DNA from: an uncultured Gammaproteobacteria bacterium | Lineage (GTDB): Bacteria > Pseudomonadota > Gammaproteobacteria > Steroidobacterales > Rariloculaceae | Reading direction: 5' to 3' | Assembly (NCBI GenBank): GCA_963786385.1 | Contig: CAWAYS010000005.1 | Coordinates: 96,527 to 160,526, forward strand | DNA: 64,000 nucleotides | Part shown: positions 35,280 through 44,903 of the stretch, piece by piece | Position numbering within the stretch: the first letter of the stretch is position 1 | Layout of the letters: the number at the start of each line of letters is the position of its first letter | Translations under genes and position numbers: made by a program | Notes under the pieces: generated by a model | Told to the model about the DNA's origin: nothing | Databases searched by the model: none | Seen by the model: the letters and a program-made list of their open reading frames with translations, nothing else

Positions 35280-35813
35280 TTACGACGAGCCTGCCGGAGG
35301 CTTCATGCGGGCAGGCCGACCGCGCGGTCGGTGGCGAGAGATCGGTTTCGCTGCCGAATAGGCCGCCGGCGCTTCAGCGATGCCCGTCGTGAACGGGTTG
35401 ACGACCGTTGTCTCGTCGAACCGCATACCCGCCTGAAAGTCTTCGGAGAGCAGAATCGGGCAGCCCTGCGATTGCGCGGCGGCCACGATCAACGAGTCCC
35501 ACCAGCTCAGAGTGAACCGATGCTCGATCTCTCGCGCACGAACGAGCAGATCCCGGTCGGTCTCTCTCGGTTCCCATGCGAGCAAAGCCAGCACGTCCTG
35601 CCACGCTTCGTCGCGATCGAGTCCCGGCGTGAGCTTGCGCGTGACCGTCGTGTAGAACTCACTCAGCACTTGGATGCTGGTGCGGCCCCTCTGCTCGATC
35701 CACAGTCGATGAATCCACTGCTCCGCAGTCGTCTGCTTGGCGCGTTCCCCAGCGTCCCGGGCGTAGACGAAAATGTTCGTGTCAACGAAGACGGGCTCGG
35801 TCATGGAGTTCAT
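35280..35813 (-). CDS. vapC: PIN-domain toxin (VapC-like)
   Basis: Lies within track ORF 35280..35984. Start at ATG 35813 or 35804: (MNS)MTEPVFVDTNIFVYARDAGERAKQ...IQVLSEFYTTVTRKL...SWWDSLIVAAAQSQGCPILLSEDFQAG. The PIN acidic residues sit in their usual contexts. Confidence 0.8.
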   Translation of the reverse strand: MNSMTEPVFVDTNIFVYARDAGERAKQTTAEQWIHRLWIEQRGRTSIQVLSEFYTTVTRKLTPGLDRDEAWQDVLALLAWEPRETDRDLLVRAREIEHRFTLSWWDSLIVAAAQSQGCPILLSEDFQAGMRFDETTVVNPFTTGIAEAPAAYSAAKPISRHRPRGRPARMKPPAGSS

Positions 35814-36025
35814 CACGTGAGGGGTAGGCCGAGCCGCGTTTCTTGAGCCGTACGGGACGTCGTGAGAAATACTGTCGCATGGCGCGTTCGTACTCCGCGC
35901 GATTGGCGCATCGATCGCTCGAGCAGTTCGCCGATGAACCGCGAAAGGCTCGAATTTCGCTCGGCCGCTTGCTTGCGGGCCCAACTGGCAGTTTTCTCGT
36001 CGAGGCTAACGGTAACGTTCTTCAT
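35813..36025 (-). CDS. vapB: ribbon-helix-helix antitoxin (VapB-like); C-terminus probably frameshifted
   Basis: MKNVTVSLDEKTASWARKQAAERNSSLSRFIGELLERSMRQSR, then an Arg/Thr-rich tail. The +1 frame from about 35895 instead reads EYERAMRQYFSRRPVRLKKRGSAYPSRDELHDRARLR and stops at TGA 35784-35782. That matches my recollection of this antitoxin family's C-terminus. Confidence 0.65.
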   Translation of the reverse strand: MKNVTVSLDEKTASWARKQAAERNSSLSRFIGELLERSMRQSRGVRTRHATVFLTTSRTAQETRLGLPLT

Positions 36026-36151
36026 GGTGGCCAGAATATCACAGGGATCGTGTATTTATGGTCCTCGGCTGCCGCAGGACCTCTGCGGGGTCGTCGCGTC
36101 GCCGTCGCTGTTATGATTCCCCGGCACCCATTGCCGGCCGAAGGATCTTCC

Positions 36152-38296
36152 ATGAGGCGACGAGACGAGTCTCCGATCACTACGCTGCGGGCCATTGGAA
36201 TCGCCGTGCTTGTGGCGTGCATCGCGTCCTGTGACGGCGGCCCGACCACGCCGCCCGCCGCCCCGGCGCCGAGCGCGTCGACGGCCGCGGGCACGGCCAC
36301 CGAAGCGGCGATCGCCGACTTCTCCAAGTCCGGGCTCGACTGGCCCGCCACCGGCGGCGACTACACCGAGCGACATTTCTCGCCGCTGACGCAGATCAAC
36401 GCGACGAACGTCGCCACGCTCGGGCTCGCGTGGCAAGGCGATCTCGATTCGCATCGCGGCATCGAAGGCACGCCGATCATGGTCGACGGCACGTTGTATG
36501 CGACGTCCACGTGGAGTCGCGTGATGGCGTTCGATGCCGTGACCGGCGAGAAGAAGTGGACCTACGATCCGCAAGTGCCGCGCGGCATCGCTCGCATATT
36601 CTGCTGCGACGTCGTCAATCGCGGCGTCGCGGTGGCAAACGGCAAGGTGTACGTCGGCACGCTCGACGGCCGGCTCGTCGCGCTCGACGCGCGAAGCGGC
36701 ACGCCGGTGTGGACGGTGGACACCGTCACGGACAAGAGCAAGCCCTACAGCATCACGGGCGCGCCGCGCGTCGTCAAAGGCAAGGTGCTGATCGGCAACG
36801 GCGGCGCCGATCGCGGTGTGCGCGGCTACTTGAGCGCGTACGACGCCGAGACGGGCGCCGAAGCCTGGCGCTTCTGGGTCGTGCCGAAGGGGCCGAAGGC
36901 TACGCCCGAGAACGAGGACGTCGCGCGCGCCGCCGAGACCTGGCCCGACGACGACGATAGTTGGACCGACGTCGGCGGCGGTACGCCGTGGGACGCGATG
37001 GCCTACGACCCCGAGCTCGATTTGATCTACGTGGGCACGGGCAACGGCGGCCCGTGGAAGCGGCGCCGGCCCGACGACCACACGGACAATCTGTACGTGT
37101 CGAGCATCGTCGCGCTGCATGCGGACACGGGCCGCGTGGCGTGGCATTACCAAGAGACGCCGGGCGAGCACTGGGACTACACGGCGACGAACTCGATCGT
37201 CCTGGCCGATCTCTCGATCGGCGGCACACCGCGCAAGGTGCTGTTCCAAGCGCCGAAGAACGGCTTTTTCTACGTGCTCGATCGTGCGACGGGCGAGCTG
37301 CTCGGCGCGGACAAGTACGGCGCCGCGAACTGGGCGAGCCGCGTGGACATGAGCACGGGTCGTCCCGTGTTCACGCCGCAATCGCAGTTCCTGAAAGAAG
37401 ACCAGCTCATCTATCCGAACCCGAACGGCGCGCACGATTGGCCCGCGATGAGCTTCAACCCGGCGACGGGACTTGCGTACATCCCCGCGTTCGACGTGCC
37501 GTGGGTGTACAGCACGAAGCCCGGCTTTCGTTATTTCTACGACATCGGTGTGCCGCCCGATGAGCTCGAGCGCATGACGGCCGGTCAGCCCGAAGTGGAG
37601 AAGGGCGGTTTCTTGCGCGCGTGGGACGTGGCGAACCGGCGGCTCAAATGGCAAGTGAAGCTGCCCTCGACGTGGAACGGCGGCACGCTGAGCACGGCCG
37701 GCGGGCTCGTGTTCCAAGGCGCGGGCGACGGCTATTTCAGCGCCTACGACGCAGCGACCGGCGAGCGGCTCGCGCACGTGCTCGTCGGCACGAGCATCAT
37801 GGCGGCGCCGATCACGTATTCGATCGACGGCAAGCAATACGTTGCGGTGGCCGCAGGCTACGGCGGCAGCGGCATGCTCACGATCGCGGATGCCGCGGCG
37901 GTGAAAACTTACGAGAACAACGGCCGTCTGCTCGCGTTCGCGCTCGGCGGCAGTGAAGTGCCGGTGCCGAACAAGCGCGACGTGGCGCTCGGTCCGCCTT
38001 TGGTCGACAACACGGGCGTGCCGCCGCTCGACGACGCGCGCGTGGCGCGCGGCAAGCAGTTGTATCTGCAATGCGCCGGCTGCCACGGCACGGGCGGCTC
38101 GACACCGATGTTGCCGAACCTCGGGCGCGTGAAGGCGCTGGGTCGAGACGGGCTCGCGGCGATTTTGAACGGCGCGCTCGAGCCCAACGGCATGCCGAAC
38201 TTCGGCGATACCTTGAGCGCCGATGACATCGACGTGCTGTACGACTACGTGTCGCGCGGGCTGCACAATCAGCCGGTGCAGCACGTGTGGTATTGA
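36152..38296 (+). CDS. PQQ-dependent quinohemoprotein alcohol dehydrogenase (methanol/ethanol family, C-terminal cytochrome c)
   Basis: Track ORF 35843..38296. Start at ATG 36152 (AAGGA 6 nt upstream). Signal or lipoprotein-like N-terminus (IGIAVLVACIASC). GGDYTERHFSPLTQINATNVATLGLAW; an eight-blade PQQ propeller pattern; C-terminal heme motif YLQCAGCHGTGG. Confidence 0.9.
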   Translation: MRRRDESPITTLRAIGIAVLVACIASCDGGPTTPPAAPAPSASTAAGTATEAAIADFSKSGLDWPATGGDYTERHFSPLTQINATNVATLGLAWQGDLDSHRGIEGTPIMVDGTLYATSTWSRVMAFDAVTGEKKWTYDPQVPRGIARIFCCDVVNRGVAVANGKVYVGTLDGRLVALDARSGTPVWTVDTVTDKSKPYSITGAPRVVKGKVLIGNGGADRGVRGYLSAYDAETGAEAWRFWVVPKGPKATPENEDVARAAETWPDDDDSWTDVGGGTPWDAMAYDPELDLIYVGTGNGGPWKRRRPDDHTDNLYVSSIVALHADTGRVAWHYQETPGEHWDYTATNSIVLADLSIGGTPRKVLFQAPKNGFFYVLDRATGELLGADKYGAANWASRVDMSTGRPVFTPQSQFLKEDQLIYPNPNGAHDWPAMSFNPATGLAYIPAFDVPWVYSTKPGFRYFYDIGVPPDELERMTAGQPEVEKGGFLRAWDVANRRLKWQVKLPSTWNGGTLSTAGGLVFQGAGDGYFSAYDAATGERLAHVLVGTSIMAAPITYSIDGKQYVAVAAGYGGSGMLTIADAAAVKTYENNGRLLAFALGGSEVPVPNKRDVALGPPLVDNTGVPPLDDARVARGKQLYLQCAGCHGTGGSTPMLPNLGRVKALGRDGLAAILNGALEPNGMPNFGDTLSADDIDVLYDYVSRGLHNQPVQHVWY

Positions 38297-38359
38297 GGGA
38301 AGGGCACTCACGGGGCAAAAGCGTTCGCATCATCGGGCGGTTCTGACCGAGGCGGATTT

Positions 38360-38424
38360 GTTTCCGCGGAAACTTCGTTGCACCGATCCGGTGCGAAATC
38401 CCTCCGCGGACGGGATCGGTCCGC
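38360..38424 (+). repeat. structured intergenic repeat, copy 3 (REP-like, extended)
   Basis: GTTTCCGCGGAAAC (38360-38373) TTCGTT GCACCGATCCGGTGC (38380-38394) GAAATCC. Followed by a second TCCGCGGA palindrome (38403-38410), and GGGATCGGT complementary to ACCGATCC at 38382-38389. It lies between convergent genes. Confidence 0.75.
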
Positions 38425-38481
38425 ACGTGGCGTCTCTTTGAAGTTTTCGCGGCGGCGAGAGGTAATCGATTGCGGCGCGTG

Positions 38482-39507
38482 TTACTTGCTCTCGACGTAT
38501 AGCTGGAACTGAGCAAAGATCGCGTCGTCGCGGAATCCGCGCACGCCCGTGTAGCTCGCCGTGTCGCCGCCCGTGCGTACGTAATTGACCTGGAGCCGCG
38601 ACTGAAAGCGCCCGGTCTTCGCGGGCCACCACGTCACGCCGAGATAGGTGTTCGCGAGATCCGTGCCGTTGCCCGCCACGTCGCTGCGTCCCTCGTAATG
38701 CCGCGCCACGAGCGACAACGACGGTGACAGCGCATAGCTGCCGTGAACGAAGTAGACGCGCTCCGTGCGGCCGGCTTGGCCGCGCACGGCATCACCCTCG
38801 ATCCACTCGAATTTCGCGAACCAGCGCTCGGCCGCGTAGTGCACGGCGAGGTCTTGCACGTCGTAGTCGCCGCTGCCCGGGCCGCCGGCGTGCGCCGCTT
38901 TTCCCGTTGCCGCTTCGGCGTGCCACGGGCCGTCGTCGAAGCGCAAGCGCGCCACGGCCGCGTCGTCTTGGCCGACCTGAGAGTCCTCGTACTGCGTGGC
39001 CGCCGAACGGCCCGGCGGATTGAACAGGCCCACGTCGTAGCTGAAATGCCGCCCGCCGGGATTGCCCGTGTACATGAGGCCGATATCCCGATTCAGTGTC
39101 AGGCCGTACTCCATTCCGCGCTTCGTGAGGTCGAGCAGATGCGCGGGCGTGTTGAAATCCATGCCGAGCGGCGTCTTGTACTGACCGAAGCGCAGCCGTC
39201 CGCCGCTCGCGAATCGGTAGTCGACATGAGCGTCCATCACCACGTTGGACATCAAGCCGGGCTGCGCATCGCCGAGATTCGAGACGGCGAAGTCGAATTG
39301 CGCTAGCCCCGAGAACCGGCCGCTCTCGACCACGACACGGGGCCGCAGCCGCTCGGTGCCGAACTCGACGGCGTCGTCGCCGTCGGTCCGTTCCGCCGTG
39401 AACTGTCCGTAGGCGCGCCATTTGACGGAGATGTCGTCTTGGGCCGAGGCCGGTGAGGCCGACAGGAGCGCCGAGGCGCAGATTGCAAGCAGCGCGAGGT
39501 CTCTCAT
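38482..39507 (-). CDS. outer-membrane porin (OprO/P-like beta-barrel)
   Basis: Track ORF 38482..39528 starts at GTG. ATG 39507 gives MRDLALLAICASALLSASPASAQ (signal peptide). Alternating beta-strand pattern (RLRFGQYKTPLGMDFNTP...) and aromatic-rich C-terminus ...IFAQFQLYVESK. Confidence 0.7.
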   Translation of the reverse strand: MRDLALLAICASALLSASPASAQDDISVKWRAYGQFTAERTDGDDAVEFGTERLRPRVVVESGRFSGLAQFDFAVSNLGDAQPGLMSNVVMDAHVDYRFASGGRLRFGQYKTPLGMDFNTPAHLLDLTKRGMEYGLTLNRDIGLMYTGNPGGRHFSYDVGLFNPPGRSAATQYEDSQVGQDDAAVARLRFDDGPWHAEAATGKAAHAGGPGSGDYDVQDLAVHYAAERWFAKFEWIEGDAVRGQAGRTERVYFVHGSYALSPSLSLVARHYEGRSDVAGNGTDLANTYLGVTWWPAKTGRFQSRLQVNYVRTGGDTASYTGVRGFRDDAIFAQFQLYVESK

Positions 39508-39528
39508 GGTTGGATATCCAAAACTCAC

Positions 39529-40476
39529 CTACTCGCCCAGCAACCGTTCCAGTCCGCGCCTGAGGTCCATCGCCGCCTGCTCCGCCAGCGCCGTATCGGG
39601 CACCATCTCGAAGGCGTGGATTGCGCCGGGGTACACGTGCAGCTCCGTCGGCACACCGGCGTCGATCAGGCGGCGGGCGTAGTCGAGGTCCTCGTCGAGG
39701 AACAGGTCGAGCGCGCCGGTGACCATGTAGGTCGGCGGTAGTCCGGCGAGGTCCTCGGCGAGTGCTGCAGAGAACCAGCCTTTGCGCGCGTCGCTCGGCG
39801 CATAGTCGCCCCGCAGGCATTCCCAGCCGAAGCGGTTTTTGTCGGCGGTCCAGATGAATTCGCCGGTGTGGCGATTTTTCCAGCGGTCGTCGGGTCCGCC
39901 GGTGCGCCAATCGAGCATGGGGTAAACGAGCACCTGCCCGGCGAGCGGCGGGCCGCCGCGATCGCGTGCCATCTGGGCGAGGTTTGCCGCCAGCCCGCCT
40001 CCGGCGCTCTCGCCCATCACTACGATTCGCTCCGCGTCGACGCCGAGCTCCTCTGCATGCTCGACGAGCCACAAGAATGCGGCGTAGTTGTCTTCCTGCG
40101 GGCCGGGGAACGGGGTTTCGGGGGCGAGGCGATAGTCGACCGAGACCACCACGCAATCGTGCTCGAGCGCCAGCGGGCACTTGGCCATGGTCGCCGTGTC
40201 GGCGATGCCGACGACCATGCCGCCGCCGTGCATGTGAAGGATCGCCGCCCGGCCTTTGGCCTCGCTCGGCGGATCCATGATCAGCAGCCGCACGTCCGGT
40301 CCACTCTCCACCGAGGCGAAGGCCTCGGTCACGGCGAACGGTGGCGGCGGCAGGTCCGCGCCGGTGAACAGCGGATCATTGCGGACCTGTTCGAGCGTTT
40401 CCGCAGTGAGATGTCGATCGGGCATCTCCAGCATCAGCAGAATTTCCGGGTCAACCAAGTGGCGCGTCTTGCTCAT
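39529..40476 (-). CDS. alpha/beta hydrolase, hormone-sensitive-lipase-type esterase
   Basis: Track ORF 39529..40608; start at ATG 40476 (MSKTRHLVDPE...). Oxyanion motif LHMHGGGMVVG and nucleophile elbow VVMGESAGGGLA. Confidence 0.85.
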   Translation of the reverse strand: MSKTRHLVDPEILLMLEMPDRHLTAETLEQVRNDPLFTGADLPPPPFAVTEAFASVESGPDVRLLIMDPPSEAKGRAAILHMHGGGMVVGIADTATMAKCPLALEHDCVVVSVDYRLAPETPFPGPQEDNYAAFLWLVEHAEELGVDAERIVVMGESAGGGLAANLAQMARDRGGPPLAGQVLVYPMLDWRTGGPDDRWKNRHTGEFIWTADKNRFGWECLRGDYAPSDARKGWFSAALAEDLAGLPPTYMVTGALDLFLDEDLDYARRLIDAGVPTELHVYPGAIHAFEMVPDTALAEQAAMDLRRGLERLLGE

Positions 40477-40595
40477 TGCACAAAGTCTCAGCTCGCGATC
40501 GCCGGCAGTCGATGGTTGAGTATAAAGGGAGTGGGCGTGTCGCGCGGGCTGCATAATCACCCTGTGCGACACGTGTGATATCCGGGAGAAACACC

Positions 40596-42548
40596 ATGCC
40601 AACCGCACGAATGCTCGTTACCGCATTCTTTGCGCTGCTCGCCGTAGCATCGGAAGTCTCGGCCCAAACGTCGGCATCGCGATTTCCCATCGAGGAGGCG
40701 ACGATCGCGGACATCCAAGCGGCGCTGCTCGGCCATCGCGTCACGACCGTCGGGCTCGTCGAGAGCTATCTCAAACGCATCAAGGCCTACAACGGCACAT
40801 GCGTCAACGAGCCGCAAGGGCTGCTCGGACCGATCACGACGCGACCCCATGCCGGGCAAATCAACGCGCTGTCGACGCTCAACCTGCGTCCCGCCGCGCG
40901 TGCCGGGTGGGGTTTCGACGCGCGCAAGGCGCGCACGCTGACCGACTCGGTCGACGACGATCCGCGCATGCCCGACGCGCTCGAGGTCGCGGCCGAGCAA
41001 GACCGCCGGCTCGCGGCGAACGGCAAGCTCGTCGGTGCGCTGCAAGGCGTGATCATGGCCGTGAAGGACCAGTACGACACTTTCGATCTGCGCACGACCG
41101 CGGGTGCCGATGCGCAGTACGCGAACGACCGCCCGCCCGACGATGCGACCGTCGTCGCGCGGTTGCGCGCGGCCGGCGCGATCGTTCTCGCGAAGGCCAA
41201 CATGGCCGAGTACGCGGTCGACGGCGCGCGCAGCTCGTTCGGCGGCACGTTCTGTAACCCCTACGACACGGAGCGCGAGCCGGGCATGTCGAGCGCGGGC
41301 TCGGCCACGGCCGTGGCCGCCAATCTCGTGACCTGCGCGATCGGCGAGGAGACCGTCGTCTCGATTCGATGGCCTGCGTCCGTGAACAGCCTCGTCGGCA
41401 TCGCGCCGACGCAAGAGCTCGTGAGCCGCGACGGCATGATCGGCGCGGGCCTCGTCATGCGCACGGGACCGATTTGCCGAACCGTGCAAGACGCGGCACG
41501 TGTGCTCGACGTCATCGCGGGCTACGACCCGAAGGACGCGATGACGGTCGCAAGCGTCGGCCGACAGCCTGCGAGTTCTTACGCGAGCGTTGCCGAGCGC
41601 GGACGCCTCGACGGGCTGCGCGTCGGCGTCGTGCGCGAGTATATGCAGCCGCAGCTGTTCTCGAAGGCCGACCAGCAGAGCCTAGAGCTCGTCGAGCGCG
41701 CGGTTGACGATCTGCGCCGTCTCGGCGCAACCGTCGTCGACCCGGGACCCCGCGGCGCATTGTTTCAAGCGTGCATCGAGCAGTACGTCCCGGAGCTACT
41801 TACCTCGGCGTTCACGCGAAGCTATCCGCAGCTCTTTCCTTTGGACGCCGACGGCGCGCCGGCAACCGATCATCTCGCGACGCTGCTCGACATGCGCTTC
41901 GATCATGCGCGGCTGCCGGCGGTCACATTGCGCGACCTCGGCCGCTTCGCGCCGGGTTTCGGTGTGGTCGGCGAAGAGCGTTATATGATCAATCGCTATT
42001 TGCGCGAGCGCGGCGACGCGAACATCGAGAGCAACGCCGACCTGATCGCCAAGGCTTCCTTTTACGACGATCCGAATTTCCCGGACCGCCGCCAGGCGCG
42101 CGAGAACGCCGAGCGCGCGCGTGCACTCGACACCTCGGTGCGGCTGCAGAACCGCTTCGCGTTGCGCACGATGATCCTGCAGTGCATGCAGCAGCAGCGG
42201 CTCGACGTCCTCGTCGCGCCGACCGCCAGCGTGCCGCCGCGCAAGCTCACGGCGCCGCGCGAGCCGACGGCGAACGGCCGCCCCGCCGTGGGCTGGTCGC
42301 TGTTCGGTCAGCAGGGTTTGCCGGTCATGACGGTGCCGGCCGGCTTCACGACCGAAGTCTGGGATCGCGTGCCGAGCGCCGACGGTGGCACGCGCCTCGA
42401 GGGCCCGGTGCCGGCGGCTATCCCCGTGGGTGTCGACTTCGTCGCGCGGCCATACGGTGAGGCGCTGCTCTTTCGCGTGGGCGCGGCCTACGAGGCCGAA
42501 ACCCACCACCGCCATCCGCCGGCTGAGTTCGGCCCGCTGGCGCCGTAG
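40596..42548 (+). CDS. secreted amidase-signature family protein
   Basis: Track ORF 40575..42548; start at ATG 40596 (GGGAGA upstream). Signal peptide MPTARMLVTAFFALLAVASEVSAQ. VESYLKRIKAYNG, catalytic Lys context IMAVKDQYDT, and an AS region GMSSAGSATAVAANLVTCAIGEETVVSIRWPASVNSLVGIAPT. Confidence 0.8.
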   Translation: MPTARMLVTAFFALLAVASEVSAQTSASRFPIEEATIADIQAALLGHRVTTVGLVESYLKRIKAYNGTCVNEPQGLLGPITTRPHAGQINALSTLNLRPAARAGWGFDARKARTLTDSVDDDPRMPDALEVAAEQDRRLAANGKLVGALQGVIMAVKDQYDTFDLRTTAGADAQYANDRPPDDATVVARLRAAGAIVLAKANMAEYAVDGARSSFGGTFCNPYDTEREPGMSSAGSATAVAANLVTCAIGEETVVSIRWPASVNSLVGIAPTQELVSRDGMIGAGLVMRTGPICRTVQDAARVLDVIAGYDPKDAMTVASVGRQPASSYASVAERGRLDGLRVGVVREYMQPQLFSKADQQSLELVERAVDDLRRLGATVVDPGPRGALFQACIEQYVPELLTSAFTRSYPQLFPLDADGAPATDHLATLLDMRFDHARLPAVTLRDLGRFAPGFGVVGEERYMINRYLRERGDANIESNADLIAKASFYDDPNFPDRRQARENAERARALDTSVRLQNRFALRTMILQCMQQQRLDVLVAPTASVPPRKLTAPREPTANGRPAVGWSLFGQQGLPVMTVPAGFTTEVWDRVPSADGGTRLEGPVPAAIPVGVDFVARPYGEALLFRVGAAYEAETHHRHPPAEFGPLAP

Positions 42549-42746
42549 CGCTCGGCCGCCGAGTGGGGGCCTAAGACTCGGAGACCAACAGCCTTCGCAT
42601 CGTCGGCCGGTTCCGAGTCGGCGAACGCCGAAAACTTAGCGGTGGCTATTGGGCGCCGAAGAAGGGCGTCGTGCCCGCTATTCGGCCGCGGCCTTGGTCG
42701 TGATGCGCACGCGATAGGGGACCGGTCCCGCGGATCGCTCTGCTCG

Positions 42747-42776
42747 TTGACATACCTCGAAGCACAAGGGTAGTAT
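42747..42776 (+). promoter_or_regulatory. candidate sigma70-type promoter for the TPR gene
   Basis: TTGACA (42747-42752), an 18-nt spacer, then TAGTAT (42771-42776). It sits about 100 nt upstream of ATG 42879 in a 330-bp intergenic region. GGAGGG precedes the ATG. Confidence 0.45.
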
Positions 42777-42878
42777 GCCTGTAACCGCAAGGTGTAAGAG
42801 ATTCCGACGTGACGGCCTAACGGCAGCAAGCGCCTGCCGCGGGCTCGGGGGCTTAGAACCGTCTGGAGGGATAAGACC

Positions 42879-44126
42879 ATGCGAACTCCAAGCACCGCTC
42901 GTGCCTGCCGCATCGCGGCGGGTGTCGTCTCGATCTTGATCGCAACCGCCGCAGGCGCGCAGGTCGAGCCCGCGGCCAAGCCGCCGTCCGGGATCAGCGC
43001 GGCGATCGGCGAGGTTTTGAACCGGGCCATCGCCTCGATAACCGCGAAGCACTACGAGGAAGCCGAAAGCGCGCTTGCGACGCTCGATTGGAGCAGCCTG
43101 TCGCCGCGTGAGCGCAGCCGTGCCGAGCAGATTCTCTTCAACGTCGATTTCTTCGAGAAGCGCTACGACGAGGCTCGCGCGCACTTGCTCAACGCCGTCG
43201 ACGCGGGCGGGTTGACGCCGGCCGAAGCTTCGCGGGCGCAGTACCAAGCCGCTCAGCTGTTGATGACGCAGAAGAAGTGGAGCGAAGGAGCTGCGGCACT
43301 CGAGCAATGGTTCGCCACGGCCGTGAGCCCGGACGCCAATGCCTACTATCTGCAGGCAGTGGCTTACTATCAAATGGGGGACTACGCGCGCGCGCTGCCG
43401 CCCGCGCAACGCGCGGTCGATTTGGCCACCGAGCCCAAGGAGAGCTGGCTGCAGCTCGTGCTCGCGCTGCACATTCGGCGCGCGGAGTACGCCGATGCCG
43501 TGCCGGTGCTTCAGCAGCTCATTTCGCTGGCGCCGAACAAGAAGACTTATTGGATGCAGCTGTCGTCGGTCTACGGCCAGGCGAAGGACTATCGCAGCGC
43601 GCTTGCAATCACACAGCTCGCCTACAACGCGGGATTCCTCACGCAGGATTCGGAGATTCGGCGGTTTGCCGATTTGCTGCTCTTCAACGAGGAGCCGGCA
43701 CGCGGTGCGCGCGTGCTCGAAGCTGCCATTGCGAACGAATCCGTGTCGCTCGACGAGAAACTCTACGAGAAGATCGCGGATTGCTGGATCGCTGCCGGCG
43801 ATCTCGACAAAGCTCTGCCGCCGCTCGCGCGCGCCGCCGAGCTCGCAAGCACCGGGGATCTCTTCGTGAAGCTGGGCGAGCTTCACGTGCAGCGCAGCGA
43901 GTTCGCTGCGGCGCAGTTGGCGCTCGAGACCGGCATCCGCAAGGGCGGTCTCGACGACGTGGGCAAGGCACAGTATCTCGTCGGCGTCGCGCTCTTCGAG
44001 CAAGACCGGCTCGAGGCGGCCAGGAGTCACTTCGAGTCGGCGCTGAGCTCGGACGAGTGGCGCGACGTTGCGACCAGATATCTGCGCACGATCGCGACCC
44101 TCGTCGGGTCGCAATCGGTTCTTTAG
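42879..44126 (+). CDS. secreted tetratricopeptide-repeat protein
   Basis: 415 aa. Signal peptide (AAGVVSILIATAAGAQ), then repeated TPR-like helices (YYLQAVAYYQMGDYARALPPAQRAVDL; WMQLSSVYGQAKDYRSALAITQLAY; YLVGVALFEQDRLEAARSHFESAL). Confidence 0.8.
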   Translation: MRTPSTARACRIAAGVVSILIATAAGAQVEPAAKPPSGISAAIGEVLNRAIASITAKHYEEAESALATLDWSSLSPRERSRAEQILFNVDFFEKRYDEARAHLLNAVDAGGLTPAEASRAQYQAAQLLMTQKKWSEGAAALEQWFATAVSPDANAYYLQAVAYYQMGDYARALPPAQRAVDLATEPKESWLQLVLALHIRRAEYADAVPVLQQLISLAPNKKTYWMQLSSVYGQAKDYRSALAITQLAYNAGFLTQDSEIRRFADLLLFNEEPARGARVLEAAIANESVSLDEKLYEKIADCWIAAGDLDKALPPLARAAELASTGDLFVKLGELHVQRSEFAAAQLALETGIRKGGLDDVGKAQYLVGVALFEQDRLEAARSHFESALSSDEWRDVATRYLRTIATLVGSQSVL

Positions 44127-44297
44127 GACGGGATCTCGCTCTTCCCACATCCCGGACCATCGACGGGCCGCGAGCACACCGCTTCGCTCGGCGGGCGGCG
44201 GGGCTCACAAAGGACTATCCTTTTTCGGTCGCCCGGTCCGGCTGCCTAAAACCAGGCGGCAGAAGATAGAACCGGCATCGCGAGAGGGAAGTCCGGT

Positions 44298-44903
44298 ATG
44301 AAGTCGTTCATTCGCGAGAACCCGACGATTGCCTTCGGTCTGGGTTTGCCGCTGCTGCTCGTTGTGGTGTTTTTGCTGATTTCGGGGATTCCTGCGCTGT
44401 TCGTGGCGCCGCCGCAATACGACGTGCTCTACGCCACCGAGTACTACAACAGCGCGAACGGTGTGCAGATCTCCGTCGTAAACAGGAAAGTTCAGGTCGT
44501 CTACCAGGGCAGCACGCTCGGCTATCAGAAGCCGCGACTGTGGCGGTATAGCCCGAAAACCGGTGCCGTGCAGGAGATTGCCATTGTGCTGCCCCCGGGG
44601 CTGACGCCGCCCGGACCGAGCACGGTGACGCCCGAGGCCGTCTCGAAGGTCACGCCGATCGACGTTCCGGATGTGGCGAATCTCACGGTCGACTCGTCGA
44701 GCATCGCGCCGGACGGCTATGAGTTCAGCTCGGGCTCGAGCGGATATTCGGGCGATATCTTCACGGGCCTCTTCAACGCTTATCGCTACCGCGCCGAGGC
44801 CGTGCTGAAGAAGGACGGACGCAGCGTGCGCCTGCCGAACGCCGACGGCGGGCCTTACTACGGCAACTATGCCCGGCTCATCGGCTGGGTCGTGTCGCCA
44901 TGA
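44298..44903 (+). CDS. membrane-anchored hypothetical protein
   Basis: 201 aa. N-terminal TM (IAFGLGLPLLLVVVFLLISGIPALFV). No recognised domain. Its stop overlaps the next start (ATGA 44900-44903). Confidence 0.6.
   Translation: MKSFIRENPTIAFGLGLPLLLVVVFLLISGIPALFVAPPQYDVLYATEYYNSANGVQISVVNRKVQVVYQGSTLGYQKPRLWRYSPKTGAVQEIAIVLPPGLTPPGPSTVTPEAVSKVTPIDVPDVANLTVDSSSIAPDGYEFSSGSSGYSGDIFTGLFNAYRYRAEAVLKKDGRSVRLPNADGGPYYGNYARLIGWVVSP

Noticed and set aside
42549-42746. Possible small gene or ncRNA in the first 200 nt of the amidase-TPR intergenic region
   Set aside because: There is no ORF with a start context and no recognisable RNA motif by eye. Only the downstream promoter-like hexamers were retained.
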